Source: Fonticula alba ATCC 38817 (Eukaryota > Protista > Nucleariida). Taken from it: a stretch of DNA of 64,000 nt. Location: NCBI GenBank assembly GCA_000388065.2, contig KB932211.1; one strand, written 5' to 3'. A model generated the notes under the pieces. The model was not told where the DNA came from, ran no database searches, and worked only from the letters and a program-made list of their open reading frames with translations. Position 1 is the stretch's first letter. The number at the start of each line of letters is the position of its first letter. Shown here piece after piece: positions 38,728-51,038 of this stretch. A program made the translations under genes and the position numbers.

Positions 38728-41700
38728 GCGTGTGTGTGTGTGTGTGCGTGCAAGGGGACGCATGTGTGCGAGTAGGTGAGTGCGCGTGCGCCGGCAGATG
38801 CGGCACCAAACATGGGGGCGCCTGATGGAAGCCGGGGGGGGGGGGGGGGCCACGGGAAAGGCGAAGGGCCGGGACCAATGTACGCACGTGAAGTTGGGCT
38901 GTGACCCGGAGCCGCTCTTGCTGAGGATCGTGTTGCCGGAGGCATCAAGACGCTGGATGACCAGGTGGTCCAGGACCATCTTGCGCTTGGCGCGCTCGAT
39001 GATATCCTCCTCGACGGTGTTCTATGCGCGCAAATGGGCGAAGGGAAAGAAAAGAAGGCAGTAGAGGGTCAGTGGTCATGCCAGTCGATCCCCGGCGGGG
39101 AAAGAAAACAAACATGCGAAATTCCCGTCTCCCCCCCCCCCCGGACACACCTTGGTCACGAAGCGATAAATGTTGACCACATTCTTCTGGCCCAGACGAT
39201 GGGCACGGGCCATGGCTTGCAAATCGTTCTGCGGGTTCCAGTCACTGTCATACAAGATGACCGTGTCGGCGGTGGCCAAGTTGATACCGAGACTGGGAGA
39301 GGGGGAGAGAGAGAGAGAGAGAGAGCCCGCCGTGTTAGTGTTGCCATGGAGCGCAAAAAGAGACAGAGGGAGGAAATGGCCGAAGGAGGCAGGACCGGAG
39401 GTCGGCGACAGGGGAGGGAGCAACAAATCGCGGACGCACCCGCCGGCACGAGTGGACAGCAGGAAGCAGAAGTCCGCCGAGCCCTCGGCATTGAAGTGGT
39501 CCATGGCCTGCTTGCGCTGCTCGGAGCTCGTCCCGCCATCAAGGCGCTGGAAGCCGAAGCCCTTCAGGCGCAGGTACTCCTCGATGATGTCCAGCATGCG
39601 GACCATTTGCGAGAAAATCAGGACCCGATGGCCGCCCTCGCGCAGCCGGACCAGCAGCTTGTCCAGGAGAACCATCTTGCCGCAGGAGGTGATCATATTC
39701 TTCAGGTACTGCTCGCGAGCATCCGCCGCCCCGGAGGACAGGATCTCCTGGCCCTCGGCGTGCGCGGCCTCCGGGTTGGTGAGGTTCGGGTGGTTACAGA
39801 GCTTCTTCAGCTCGATGAGGATATTTTGCAGGCTGGTTTGGGATGCCTTGTTGCCCTGGGCCAGGGCCGTGTAGTTCCGGGCCAGGATCCACTCGTAGAA
39901 GAGCTTCTGCTTGGGGGACATCTCCACCCGGAGGATACTTCATGCGCGGCGTAGGTGAAGGTGGGGAGGGGGGGGGGGGTCATCATGGTCAGGGGAGGCG
40001 GCGAGCAGGCGAGTCACGGGCATGCGAGTCGTCACATACCGTTCCACCTTGGATGGCAGGGACTTGAGCACCTGGCGCTTGAGGCGCCGGAGCATGTGCG
40101 GGCGGAGGGTCTCATGGAGCTCGCGCAGCTGGTCCGCCTCTTCGAAGCGGCCGTAAGTGGCCTCGAACTCCTCGAGGGAGGTGAACTTCGTGGGCTGGAG
40201 GAACTGCAGCAGGGCCCACAGCTCGCGGATGGCATTCTGCAGCGGGGTACCGGTGATGAGCAGGCGGTTGGCCGTATTCAGGGAGATCAGGTGCTCGTAC
40301 AGCTGCGACTCGCTGTTCTTCAGCCGATGGGCCTCATCCACGCCGAGATATGCCCAGCGGATGGGGCTGGCATGTGTGCAGGTGGATGGGGCGGAGTAAG
40401 CAACAGGGGCGTCTGCGTGTGTGTGTGTGTGTGTGTGGGGGGGGGGGCGGGGGCGCATGCATGCGGCGAGGCTATACGCACGACAGGTAGGCAAAGTCGC
40501 GCAGGACCATGTCGAAGGTGGTCAACAGGACATTGAACCGCGGAGCAGAAGGGTCATTGCTGCCCTCCTCGTAGAACTCATACTGGCGGATGACCTCGCG
40601 GGACTTGGCGTTGCCGAGGTAGAGGATGGCGTTCATGGCGGGAGCCCAGCGCCGGAGCTCATTCTGCCAAGCTGGGATGTGCGTGCGTGCGTGCGTGCGT
40701 GCGTAAGTCCATGGTAGTCGGCATACACGCGTACATGGGGAATGCGGGAAAATGCGAGAAAAGTGCGGGGAAATGCGGGGAAATGCAGGCAATCCAGCCG
40801 CCGGACGGACGCACCATCGATTGTCGACAGAGGGACCACCAGCAGGAAGGGCCCGTAGATGTTGCGCGAATGGAAGAGGTAGGACAGCATGCAGATGGTC
40901 TGGCAGGTTTTGCCGAGACCCATCTCATCGGCCAGGATGACATTGGTGTTGCGTGACCAGGCAGAGGCCAGGAAGTTCAGACCCATGACCTGGTAGTCGC
41001 GGAGCTCACCGCCAACAATGTAGCTTGGCTGCTCGGTGATCGGGGTGAACTCCATGCGCTGGTTGCGGATGGATTGGGACCTGTGTGATGGGGATGTCCA
41101 ATGGCCAGGGATGGGAGGGAGCGCGAGAGAGAGAGAGACACACACATGCACAGAGGAAGAGACAAAGAGGGGGAGCACCAGGGGAAATGGGGGAACCCCG
41201 CGCCGGGTCAGGGTCAGAAAAGGAGGAGGAAGGAGGGGGAGGGCCAAGGAAGGGAGAAGTCGAAGGGGAGGGAAGGCAAAGAGAGGGGCAGGGAGAACAA
41301 GCGCACCGGCTCGGCACGCGTAGCGACCGGTAGCGCTGCTCGAAGTCCGCGATCTCGGCTGCGAAGTCCTTGGCCACCAGGGCCGCCGCCTCCCAGGTGC
41401 ACTCGGCATAGGGGAGGCCGCGCCACTTGCAGAAGTACTCCGGCTCGCCGAGGTCATCGGTGCGCACGCTGACAACCCGCTCCACGCGGCAGTGCTCACG
41501 CAGGAGATGGCGCTCCATCTCCTCGTCAATGCGAGCCTGCTCGAGCTCCTCGGCCGACAGGGCGGCCAGCGAGCGCTCCTGCACCTGGCGCCGGCGGATG
41601 TAGTTCTCCATGCGCTTGTAGCCCTTGACCGGGGTGCCCTGCTCGCGGGCGGTGCGCGGCAGGACCGACAGGCCGAGGCTCATGGCGGCTTCGCGGCTGC

Positions 41701-43260
41701 CGAGCATGTCCTGCGCCAGTTCCCAGGTGTTGTGCAAGTGCGAGAACCCCTGCCACTTGATGAGATATTCGTTGACCTCGATGCCATCTGCGAGGGAGGG
41801 ACATTGTTCTCCCGGAGTCAGCTTCACGCATGGGAAAAAGAAAAAAAAGAAAAAAAGAAAAGCAGAAAGGGAGGACAGCCCGAGGGAGGGGCCCCGGAGC
41901 ATGGGGCCACGCCCTCTCGACAGGGCACAGGGCGGGAGCAAAGGCCGGGGCACGCACCGCGCTCGGTCTTGCGCACATCGCACACGCGATCGATGGCATC
42001 CTCCGGCTCGGGCTCCTCCTCCGGCTCGTAGTAGGCCTGCTGCTCGGCGGCGGCCTGGCGCTCCTGGATTTCGTCCTCATCCATGAGGTCGGTGTCGTCG
42101 TCGGCCTCGGCGTAGCTGTACACCGGGGCCGAGGCGGCGCGGCTGCTGGACCGCCGGGAGAGACCGGCAATGCGCTTGCGGTTGGACCAGGTGGGACCCT
42201 CGTCATCTTCATCGGACCCGAGGGTGGAGGACAGGCGCGAGGTGCGCACGCGCGACACCCGGCCATAGGACTCGGGCTGCGGCTCGATCAGGTCATCATG
42301 GTCGCCGCCGCGGGAGCCGGCCAGCGACCGGCGGGACCCGCGCGAGGAGGTGCCCCCGGAGGCCGAGCGTTTGCGCCCGGCCCCGGCCGAGGAGGACTTT
42401 CGCCTGCTGGAGGCGGCGGCCCGGCGCCGCGGGCCCTTGAGGGTGTACTCCTCGCCGGAGTCCTCGCCATCATCGAGGAAGGCGTCGTCATCGTCGTCCG
42501 AGGCAAATTGCACCGGGTCATCATCGTCGACGATGAAGTTGTCATCATCGTCGAAGGCGGCGCCGCCGTCATCGGCATAGATGCTCCGCCCGGAGGGGAT
42601 GGCCCGGGTGGCGGTGGCGGCCCGGCGAGAGCTCCGCCGGCGGTTGTCGGCGAAGTCCTCCCAGGGGAAGTCGTCCGGGTCGGCGGCAACGGCGGCGGCG
42701 GCCGAGCGCCGGCCACTGCCCCCTCGACCGGAGGCGATGATCTCCTGGTCGTCCTCATCGAAATCGCCGTCCAGCTGCAAGCGGCCGCGGGCGCGGATGC
42801 GGCCGCCGCCGGTGGCCGAGGCGGCTGGAGCGGCCACCGGCGCGGCCACCGACATGGCCGGGGCGACGCTGCGCGGCCCGCCGAACCCGGCGCCCGAGGC
42901 CCCGGGAGGCCGGTAGGCGAAGGCACTCAAATTGTTCAGATGCAGGGGCGAGGTGACACTGGCCGTGGAGGCCGGCGACCCGGAGGGCGAGGGCGAGGCA
43001 GAGGAGGAGGAAAAGCCGCCGAAGCGCGTGGCCGAGGAGGGCGCCGCGCGCGCGGCGGCCGGTCGACTGGCCGGCGTGGCGGGCTTCCGCCGCCGGGCCG
43101 CCGGGCCGGCCTCATAATCGGACCCGCTGTCATCGCCCTCGGAGGAGGAGCTCCCACTCGGGGTGAAGTCCTCGCCGTCCGAGGAGGAGGCAGGCGGGGA
43201 CGCGTCCGACGTCAGGAAGACATCGTCGTCGTCATTGTAGGACCCGGCCGAGTAGGACAT
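35876..43260 (-). CDS. CHD1: Chromodomain-helicase-DNA-binding protein CHD1/2, 2002 aa, 10 exons
   Basis: Exons 43260-41958, 41787-41307, 41080-40815, 40671-40482, 40366-40040, 39937-39440, 39292-39151, 39021-38888, 38659-38536, 38419-35876 (6009 nt). Tandem chromodomains ([16 protein letters not shown]; [16 protein letters not shown]), SNF2 ATPase ([61 protein letters not shown]), SANT/SLIDE ([22 protein letters not shown]), RD/RS-rich tail. Confidence 0.96.
38677..38747. repeat. (TG)n/(CA)n microsatellite in CHD1 intron 8
   Basis: Direct reading of the sequence. Confidence 0.9.
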
Positions 43261-44544
43261 GGTGGGTCGAGGAGCGGCGTGTGGCGGAGCGGGGGCTGCA
43301 TTGGGGGGNNNNNNNNNNNNNNNNNNNNNNNNNNNNNNNNNNNNNNNNNNNNNNNNNNNNNNNNNNNNNNNNNNNNNNNNNNNNNNNNNNNNNNNNNNNN
43401 NNNNNNNNNNNNNNNNNNNNNNNNNNNNNNNNNNNNNNNNNNNNNNNNNNNNNNNNNNNNNNNNNNNNNNNNNNNNNNNNNNNNNNNNNNNNNNNNNNNN
43501 NNNNNNNNNNNNNNNNNNNNNNNNNNNNNNNNNNNNNNNNNNNNNNNNNNNNNNNNNNNNNNNNNNNNNNNNNNNNNNNNNNNNNNNNNNNNNNNNNNNN
43601 NNNNNNNNNNNNNNNNNNNNNNNNNNNNNNNNNNNNNNNNNNNNNNNNNNNNNNNNNNNNNNNNNNNNNNNNNNNNNNNNNNNNNNNNNNNNNNNNNNNN
43701 NNNNNNNNNNNNNNNNNNNNNNNNNNNNNNNNNNNNNNNNNNNNNNNNNNNNNNNNNNNNNNNNNNNNNNNNNNNNNNNNNNNNNNNNNNNNNNNNNNNN
43801 NNNNNNNNNNNNNNNNNNNNNNNNNNNNNNNNNNNNNNNNNNNNNNNNNNNNNNNNNNNNNNNNNNNNNNNNNNNNNNNNNNNNNNNNNNNNNNNNNNNN
43901 NNNNNNNNNNNNNNNNNNNNGCCCGTTTGCCCCGCCCTCGAGGCAGCCCCAGTTGTGGTGCGCGCGGCGGCCGCCCAACCGAGCAGGGCGCCTCCCCAAG
44001 GCCGTCGGGTCGTGGCCGAGATGTGCACGGCTTCAGGCAACAACGCAAAGCATCCACCCGCCGGATGACTCCTCATGCATAGAGCATCCCCCCTGGCATC
44101 GTCGCTGGCGCACGCATGCGGCCTGCTGGGGCTTTGTGTGTGTGTGTGCGCAGGGAGGCCGAGCGGAAGTCCACACAGCCGCCGGCGGTGGGCAGGCGGC
44201 GGGGCACGCCGCCCCCCGGAGTCGAGGGTCCCTCCGGCTGCGGGGGGGGCGCGGAGCCGTGCGTGTGATTTGGTTCTGAGGTCCGCCCTGTTCGGGTGCG
44301 GGCGCGCGGGGCCGAAATTCATGAGCGCATTTCGGCGGGAGGAAATTCGCTAGAGCGCGCGTGAGCTGGTCCGGTGACATCCACAGAAATGCCATTTCTC
44401 CCTTACACCCGCGAGCCGGCTACCCCCAGCCCGCTTTCGGACTGCTCTGGCGGGCGCGCATGTGTGTGTGCGTGCGTGCGTGCGTGCGTGCGTGCGTGTG
44501 TGGGCGCGGGGGAGGCCGAGGACCACTTGAGAGGGGCGGCGTGT

Positions 44545-44608
44545 CCAGAGGGCCTTATCCCAGAGGCAATTGCCCCAGAGGGCCTTGCCCCAGAGGGCCT
44601 TGTCCCAG
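44545..44608. repeat. Four tandem 15-bp units (CCAGAGGGCCTTGYC consensus) between divergent CHD1 and uL13m
   Basis: ccagagggccttatc / ccagaggcaattgcc / ccagagggccttgcc / ccagagggccttgtc / ccag. Confidence 0.85.
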
Positions 44609-44884
44609 TGCCAAGGGGCGGCAGGGGGGTGGTGACGGGGGCTCCGGTGAATGGCGAGCAGGGGCCGGTGCGGCCGGGCGGAGGGCAAAGTATCCCGCTT
44701 GGAGAGGCAGCGTTCTGGGGTCCGCAATCTGGCGACTGGGCAGCTGCCCCTCCTCCGCTTCCCCGCTCCTCCCCCCTCCCCCCGCGCCCCCTCCGCCCTC
44801 TTCGTTTTCCCCCCCCCCCCCACCTCCTCCCGCTGCTCCCCTCTGCCTCCTGCTTCTCGGGGACCGCCGCCACCTCGCTAGACC

Positions 44885-45851
44885 ATGGTTTACCGTGCTG
44901 TACGTGTCTCTCTTCGTCCTTGTCCTCCTCCTCCCCCGCCCGGTCGACCGGCGCCGCTGAATGTCCCCCCGTCCTCGCCTCTCTTCCTCCTTACTGACAT
45001 TCGCGCGATCCTCGCGGCCGGCGCCTTCTCCTCCTCCTTCCGCCAGAACTCCGCCACCCACCTGCGCGTGTGGCATCACATCGATGCGACCGGCCAGAGG
45101 ATGGGTCGCGTGGCCACGCAGGTCGCCAAGGTTCTCATGGGCAAGGGCAAGCCCACCTACCACCCGGCCGGTATGTGCTCGGCCTTTGGCGCGATGCCTT
45201 CCTCGCCCAGTTACACCCCTCCGCCGACCGGCTGACTGACCCGCTCATTCTCACGGCCCCCTGCCGCCCCTCCCTCCCCCGCGCCCCCCTTACGTAGCTG
45301 ACTCCGGCGACTACGTCGTTATCACCAATGCCGCGCGCTTCGAGCTGACCGGCAAGAAGCTCCAGCAGCGCGTGCACCGCTACCACACCGGCTACCCCGG
45401 CGGCCTGAAGGAGGTCCCCATCAAGAAGACCATGGAAACCCAGCCGGATGTGGTCTTCCGCCGGGCGGTGTCCGGCATGCTGCCGAAGAACAACCTGCGG
45501 CCGCGCATGCTGCGCCGCCTGCGCATCGAGAATGGCGCGAGCTCCCCCTTCGTGGCGAATGCCCTGCGCTCGGGCCCGGGTGCGGACATCGTCCTCGAGA
45601 CGCCGACTCTGCCGGCCGGCGCGGCCCCGCGCACCGTCCTCCAGGCCGTCCGCGAGTCGGAGCGCCCGCTGAGCCAGCTGCGGCGCGTGGTCGCCGCCAC
45701 CAGCACCGGCAAGGCCGCCCCCACCGAGGCCGAGCTTCTGACGGCCCAGGTCCGCGACCGTATGGCCCAGCTGCAGCTGGCTCTGCACAAGTCCGGTCCG
45801 AACAAGAGCAACTACAAGACCAAGACCTACCAGAAGACCGGCAAGCACTAA
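44885..45851 (+). CDS. MRPL13: Mitochondrial ribosomal protein uL13m with C-terminal extension, 230 aa, 3 exons
   Basis: Exons 44885-44899, 45047-45170, 45298-45851 (693 nt). RVWHHIDATGQRMGRVATQVAKVLMGKGKPTYHP, DSGDYVVITNA, YHTGYPGGLK, RAVSGMLPKNNLRPRMLRRLRI are the bacterial-type L13 pattern. Confidence 0.93.
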
Positions 45852-46808
45852 ATGCGCGACATATGTGTGCTCCCGGGTCTCCCCTTCTTCCTCGAGCGCA
45901 TGCGACCGAGCCGCCGTTCCTTTCGCCCCTGCCCCCCTCCCTCCCCCTCCCCCCTCCCCCTCACAGATCTGCCTCTCCGTGCTGCTTGCCGTGGGGTTGC
46001 ATTTTGTTCGTCCTTGTTGCTCCTGTCTTCGTTTCCCCCCCCCCCTCCCCCCTCTCAGTTCTCTCTTCTCCCCTCGCCGGTGCAGCTCACTGGGGCCGGC
46101 CCCCCTCTCCTTTCTCCCCTGTCCCCCCCCCCCCTGGCCGTGCACCGTGTCACCGGCACCCACGCCCTACGCGTGTGTTATAGATTGCCTCCATAAGATT
46201 CCCGCTCTTTGTGTGTGTATGTGTGCTTTATATCTGGATTGTTTTCCCCTCAAAACATGCCCGGGAGGGAGGCGGCCGGCGGCGGCGGGGCACCCGCGGG
46301 TCGCCGCAGCCTCTTGTCTTTCTGTTTCTGTGTGTCCGAGTGTGGGGCGCCTTGCGCCGGGCATGGAGGGCCGGCCCCGTGCGGGTGTGCGGGTGTGCGG
46401 GTGGGGCTCGCGCGGTGCTGCGAGTCCGTTGGCACCATGGCGTTAGTCGGCACTTACGGGTCTGGCCGCACTGCGCGAGTCTAACACGGGACGAGCGGTC
46501 CGGCGTGGGCAGTAGGGCCGGGAGGCGAGCCGTTGCGTTGCGCCCCCTGTCCTCCCGGCCGCCGGGGGGAAGGCGCGCTATTTGTGCTCCCGGCCGCCGG
46601 TCCCTGCTGGCCACCGTGCCCGTATCCGCCCTCGCCTCCACCCCCCCCTCTCCTACCCCCCCCCTTCTTCTTGCCATTTTGTCAGCTGTTCCATAGCGTC
46701 CCCCCCCATTTGTTGGTAGACGCGCAGCAGGCCCCGCCCCCCCTGCTCCCCCCCCCCCCCTCTCCCCCCTTCCTCTCTGCTGTACTTGCTCTTGGAGCTC
46801 AAGGCACC

Positions 46809-47308
46809 ATGACGGAGTCCTTTGCGCTTGAGAGTGCCCTGAAGCGCTTCGAGAGCACCTTCACTCAGGCCGATCTGGCCTTTGAGAATGACCTCTTCCG
46901 CGCGCCGATGTCCCTGAAGACATGGTTCCGGTATATCGAGCACAAAACCGAGACCGGGGCATCGGACGAGGTCATCAGCTTCCTCTACGAGCGGGCCCTC
47001 AAGGGTGCGTGCCTGCAAACGGCCGTCATGCGCCTCGACCACATGCTCCCCCCCCCCCCTCATCCCTCCCCTTCCCTTCATGCTCGCTGCCCCTTTCTGG
47101 CATTCCTCTGATGTGATTGCGCTGCTGCCGCACATGCTCCCCTCCCTCTCTCCCAAATAGCCATCCCGTACAGTTACAAAATTTGGCACCGGTACTTGAC
47201 CCTGTTGCGGAAGCGGGCCACCGGCCTGCCGATTGGCCACCCGGCCTGGCGGTATCTGGTGACCTCCTACGAGCGGAGCCTGGCATATCTGTCAAAGGTG
47301 CGCAGTCC

Positions 47309-47352
<44 letters not shown>

Positions 47353-50300
47353 CGCTCGCTCGCTTGCGGGCGCGCGCCTTTGTGGCGTCCCTCCGCGTAG
47401 GGGCTTTCCCTTTCTTTATTTGCCTGCCTCTGTTCCATTTCGACCTTCCCCTCGTGCACGGGACACCCTCTCATTGACACAAGCCGCCCCTCGCTGGATG
47501 TCTGGACGTGGTGGTTACGGCGGGCAGATGCCGCGCCTGTGGATCGAGTACTGTCTGCTGCTGGAGGAGCAGCAATGCATCACCGCCACCCGCCGCGGGG
47601 TGCGTCCTTCATTTATGGCGTCCCTTCTTGTCGGATGCTTGCCTGCCGGCGCCTCGTACTGACCCGTATGACCCCTGTGTTGCTCCGGCCCCCGGCGTGC
47701 CTGTGCGCCAGTATGACCGTGCCCTGCGGGCCCTGCCGCTGAGCCAGCACGAGCGTATCTGGCCGAACTACATCCAATTTGTGACCAAGTGCCGTGTGCC
47801 AGACACGGCCATGCGCGTGTTCCGTCGCTATCTCAAGGTGCGACGCTTCCGGGGTCCTTCTTCTCCCCCCCCCCCCCCTTGTCCCTGCTCCTTGCTCTTT
47901 GTCTCGCCGCCTTTCTCCTTCTCTCTCCTCTCTCCTCTCTCCTCCCTCTCTCTCTCGCTCTCTCTCCCGCCCCTCATCATGCATCGGCTCCGCACTGACC
48001 GCCCTCCTGCCTGCTGCCTCCTGATCGAGCAGTTTGATCCGACGAAGGCCGAGGACTTTGTGGAGTACCTGATCGCGGAGAAGCGTTACAACGAGGCGGC
48101 CGAGCGCTTCTCCAAGCTGGTGATCGACGACACCCACCGGTCGAAGGACGGCCTGACCAAGCAGGAGCAGTGGCTGGAGTTCCTGGAGCTCTGCTGCAAG
48201 AATGCCAACGGAATCACGTCCATCTCGGTGGAGGCCTTTGTTCGGCATGGGATCCGCCGGTACACGGCCGAGCATGCTGGGCGTCTGTGGACCACGCTGG
48301 CGGACTACTTCATCCGACTTGGGCAGTTTGAGAAGGCGCGCGACATCTTCGAAGAGGGCATGGATCTGGTGAGCCTGGTCCGGGACTTCAGCCACATTTT
48401 CGACGCGTACGCCAAGTTCGAGGAGACCCTGGCCGATGCGCTGGCGGTGCGTGCTCCTGCTGTGTGCCTCTGTGGTGTATCTTTCTGGTGGGCGTTTGTT
48501 TGACACGGGCTCCCGCCCCCTTGCCATGCTCCCCGGGCATCGTGTGCATGCATGTCCTGGTCTCCGCGCGCGCGCCCCCCCCCCCCCCCCCCCCCCCCTC
48601 TGGGCCCATCTGCCCTCCTCCTCTCTCCCTCTCGCTGCCTTTCCCTCGCCGGTAGAATGCCGAGCTCGATGCCACCCCCGAGGGGCAGGAGTTTGAGCCG
48701 TCACAGGAGTTGCAGCTGGCCCTGGCGCGCTTTGAGCATCTGCTTGACCGTCGGCCGATCCTGGTGAACGATGTGCACATCCGCCAGGACCCGAACAATG
48801 TGCAGCAGTGGCTGGAGCGCTGTCGCCTCCACGAGGCGGACCCGGAAAAGGTGCGCCCAGTATCCACGTCGATGTCCCCTGCCCCCTCTCCCTGGAAGGG
48901 CATTCGCTTCTGTCGCCCCCTCTGATCCGCTCTTTCTCACCCACCCTCTCCGATGTTGCTCTGCTCCTACACCGGCTGCCCTCTGCCGGTGCCCCTCGGC
49001 GGCGGCGGCGACCGGCTCTTCGGCGTGTGGCACAGGTGGTCAGTGTGTTCGAGGATGCCATCTCCTCGGTAGATATCTACACCAGTGGCAATGGGCACTA
49101 TGTGGACCTGTGGAAGGCGTATGCTCGGTACTTTGAGCAGGGCCGGCGCTTCCCCGGCCCGGATGACACGGTGCCAGCTGGCGCGGCCGATCTCGACAGC
49201 GCGCGGACCATCTTCGAGCGGGCCACCAGTGCCCCGCAGCGTAGCGCTGCCGACCTGGTGGACTTGTGGATTGCCTTCGCCGACATGGAGCTTCGCCACC
49301 AGTGCGTCCGGCGTGTGCCTGTTTGGGGTTTGCTTTTATCTGTCCATTTCTCCGTATCTCTTGAGATGTGGCCTTAACGCAAGCTCCCCCCCCCCTCCCC
49401 CCCCCCCTCGCGCTTCTCTCGTGCGGCAGGAACTTCGATCGGACTCGCGAGGTTCTCAAGCGCGCCACGCGGACCCCTTCCAAGAAGCGCGCTCACCCGC
49501 AAGCCGGCGCGTCAGAGAGCATGCTCGAGGTGCGTGTCCCTCATGCTGGCCGAGGATGCCGCCGTGGCCGATCCCAAATCAACTGCGGCCCATTCATCGC
49601 GGTCTGACCCCCTTTGCCCCTCCTCCTCCTCCCTCTACCGGGATTCTGGCATGTGGCCGTGCATGGGGGTGTATGCGTGTTGCTTGCTGGTGTCCCCCCC
49701 CCCCCTCCCTCCCTCTGCTCGCCCCTTTGCCGGCCGCTTCGCCACGTGTGTCGCAGCGTGTCGCCCGCGACCAGCGTCTCTGGAACTACTACGTGGACTT
49801 CGAGGAGTCCCTCGGGACGCTGGAGTCCTGCAAGGCCGTGTACGACCGGATCCTGGATCTCAAGATCGCCACCCCGCAGACGATCATCAACTATGGGACC
49901 TTCCTGGAGGAGCACAACTTTTTCGAGGACTCCTTCCGGGCCTACGAGCGCGGTGTCAGCGCCTTCCGCTTCCCGGCGGTCTTCGAGATTTGGAATGTCT
50001 ACCTGCCGAAGTTCCTCCAGCGCTATGTACGTGTGGGCCGTTTTGCTGCATGCCCTTTGCTGGTCCGAGGTCGCGGCCTGCTTGCGCTCTCCCTCGCCGG
50101 AACTGACCAAGGTCCTCCCATCGCGCCTCCCTTTCGGATTCCGACATCTGTCTCTCGCGGCTGCCTCCTTCCGGGGGCATGGCATACACACGCCGCGCAG
50201 AAGGGCACCAAGCTGGAGCGCACGCGCGATCTCTTTGAGCAGGCGCTGAAGGACTGCCCGCCGTCGCAATCGCGGCCACTCTTCCTCATGTATGCCTCCT

Positions 50301-50707
50301 TCGAGGAGGAGTACGGCCTGGCCCGGCGCGCGCTCATGGTGTACGAGCGGGCCACGCAGCATGTGCCGGTGGCCGAGAAGCACGAGGTGTTCCTGCTGTA
50401 TGTGGCCAAGGCGGCCCAGATGCAGGGGGTGGTGGCCACGCGGGACATCTATGCCCGGGCCATTGAGGTTTTGCCGGATGCCGCGGCGCTGGACATGTGC
50501 GTGCGCTTCGCCGAGCTGGAAGTCCAATTGGGCGAGGTCGCGCGCGCGCGGTCCCTCTTCGGCCATGGGGCCCAGTTTGCCAATCCGAAGACCAACAAGG
50601 AGTTCTGGCAGAAGTGGGACGCCTTCGAGGTCAAGCACGGTGATGTGGAAACCTACCGGCAGCTGCTGCGCGTGAAGCGCACGATGGCCATCAAATTCGG
50701 AGCATGA
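46809..50707 (+). CDS. SYF1: Pre-mRNA splicing factor SYF1/XAB2 (HAT/TPR repeat NTC subunit), 760 aa, 10 exons
   Basis: Exons 46809-47004, 47161-47297, 47528-47599, 47712-47837, 48033-48446, 48656-48850, 49036-49301, 49430-49529, 49757-50026, 50201-50707 (2283 nt). SLKTWFRYIEHK, IPYSYKIW, YDRALRALPLSQHERIW, IRQDPNNVQQW, LWNYYVDFEESLG, VYDRILDLKIATPQ, KLERTRDLFEQAL, FEVKHGDVETYRQLLRVKR. Confidence 0.95.
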
Positions 50708-51038
50708 GCAATGTGCCATGGCCACACGGCGCTGGCAGGCGCCAGGCGCGGCCCCCTGTGCTTGACTTCCCCCCTGCTTGTGAAGTGTGCGCACACCGCG
50801 CCGCATAGATTGAATATACTCTGGGTTTTTTTTTGATGCAATCGAACAGCGAAAGACAAAGGGGACCAGAGGAAAGCACGCGCACGTGTGCTGCGATTGA
50901 GACAAGGAGCCGGGGCGAGGGGCTTGATCTATTGGGGGAGGGGGCGCAGGAAAGAGAGAGAGAGAGAGAGAGAGACTGTCCAACCAACGCCGTGTGCTTG
51001 CACGTGTCTGGCGCCGGCGAGGGGAGAGGGGGGCGGGG

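Noticed and set aside
44545-44608. Tandem 15-mers as a CRISPR-like array
   Set aside because: No unique spacers, the repeat is too short, the context is eukaryotic and there are no cas genes.
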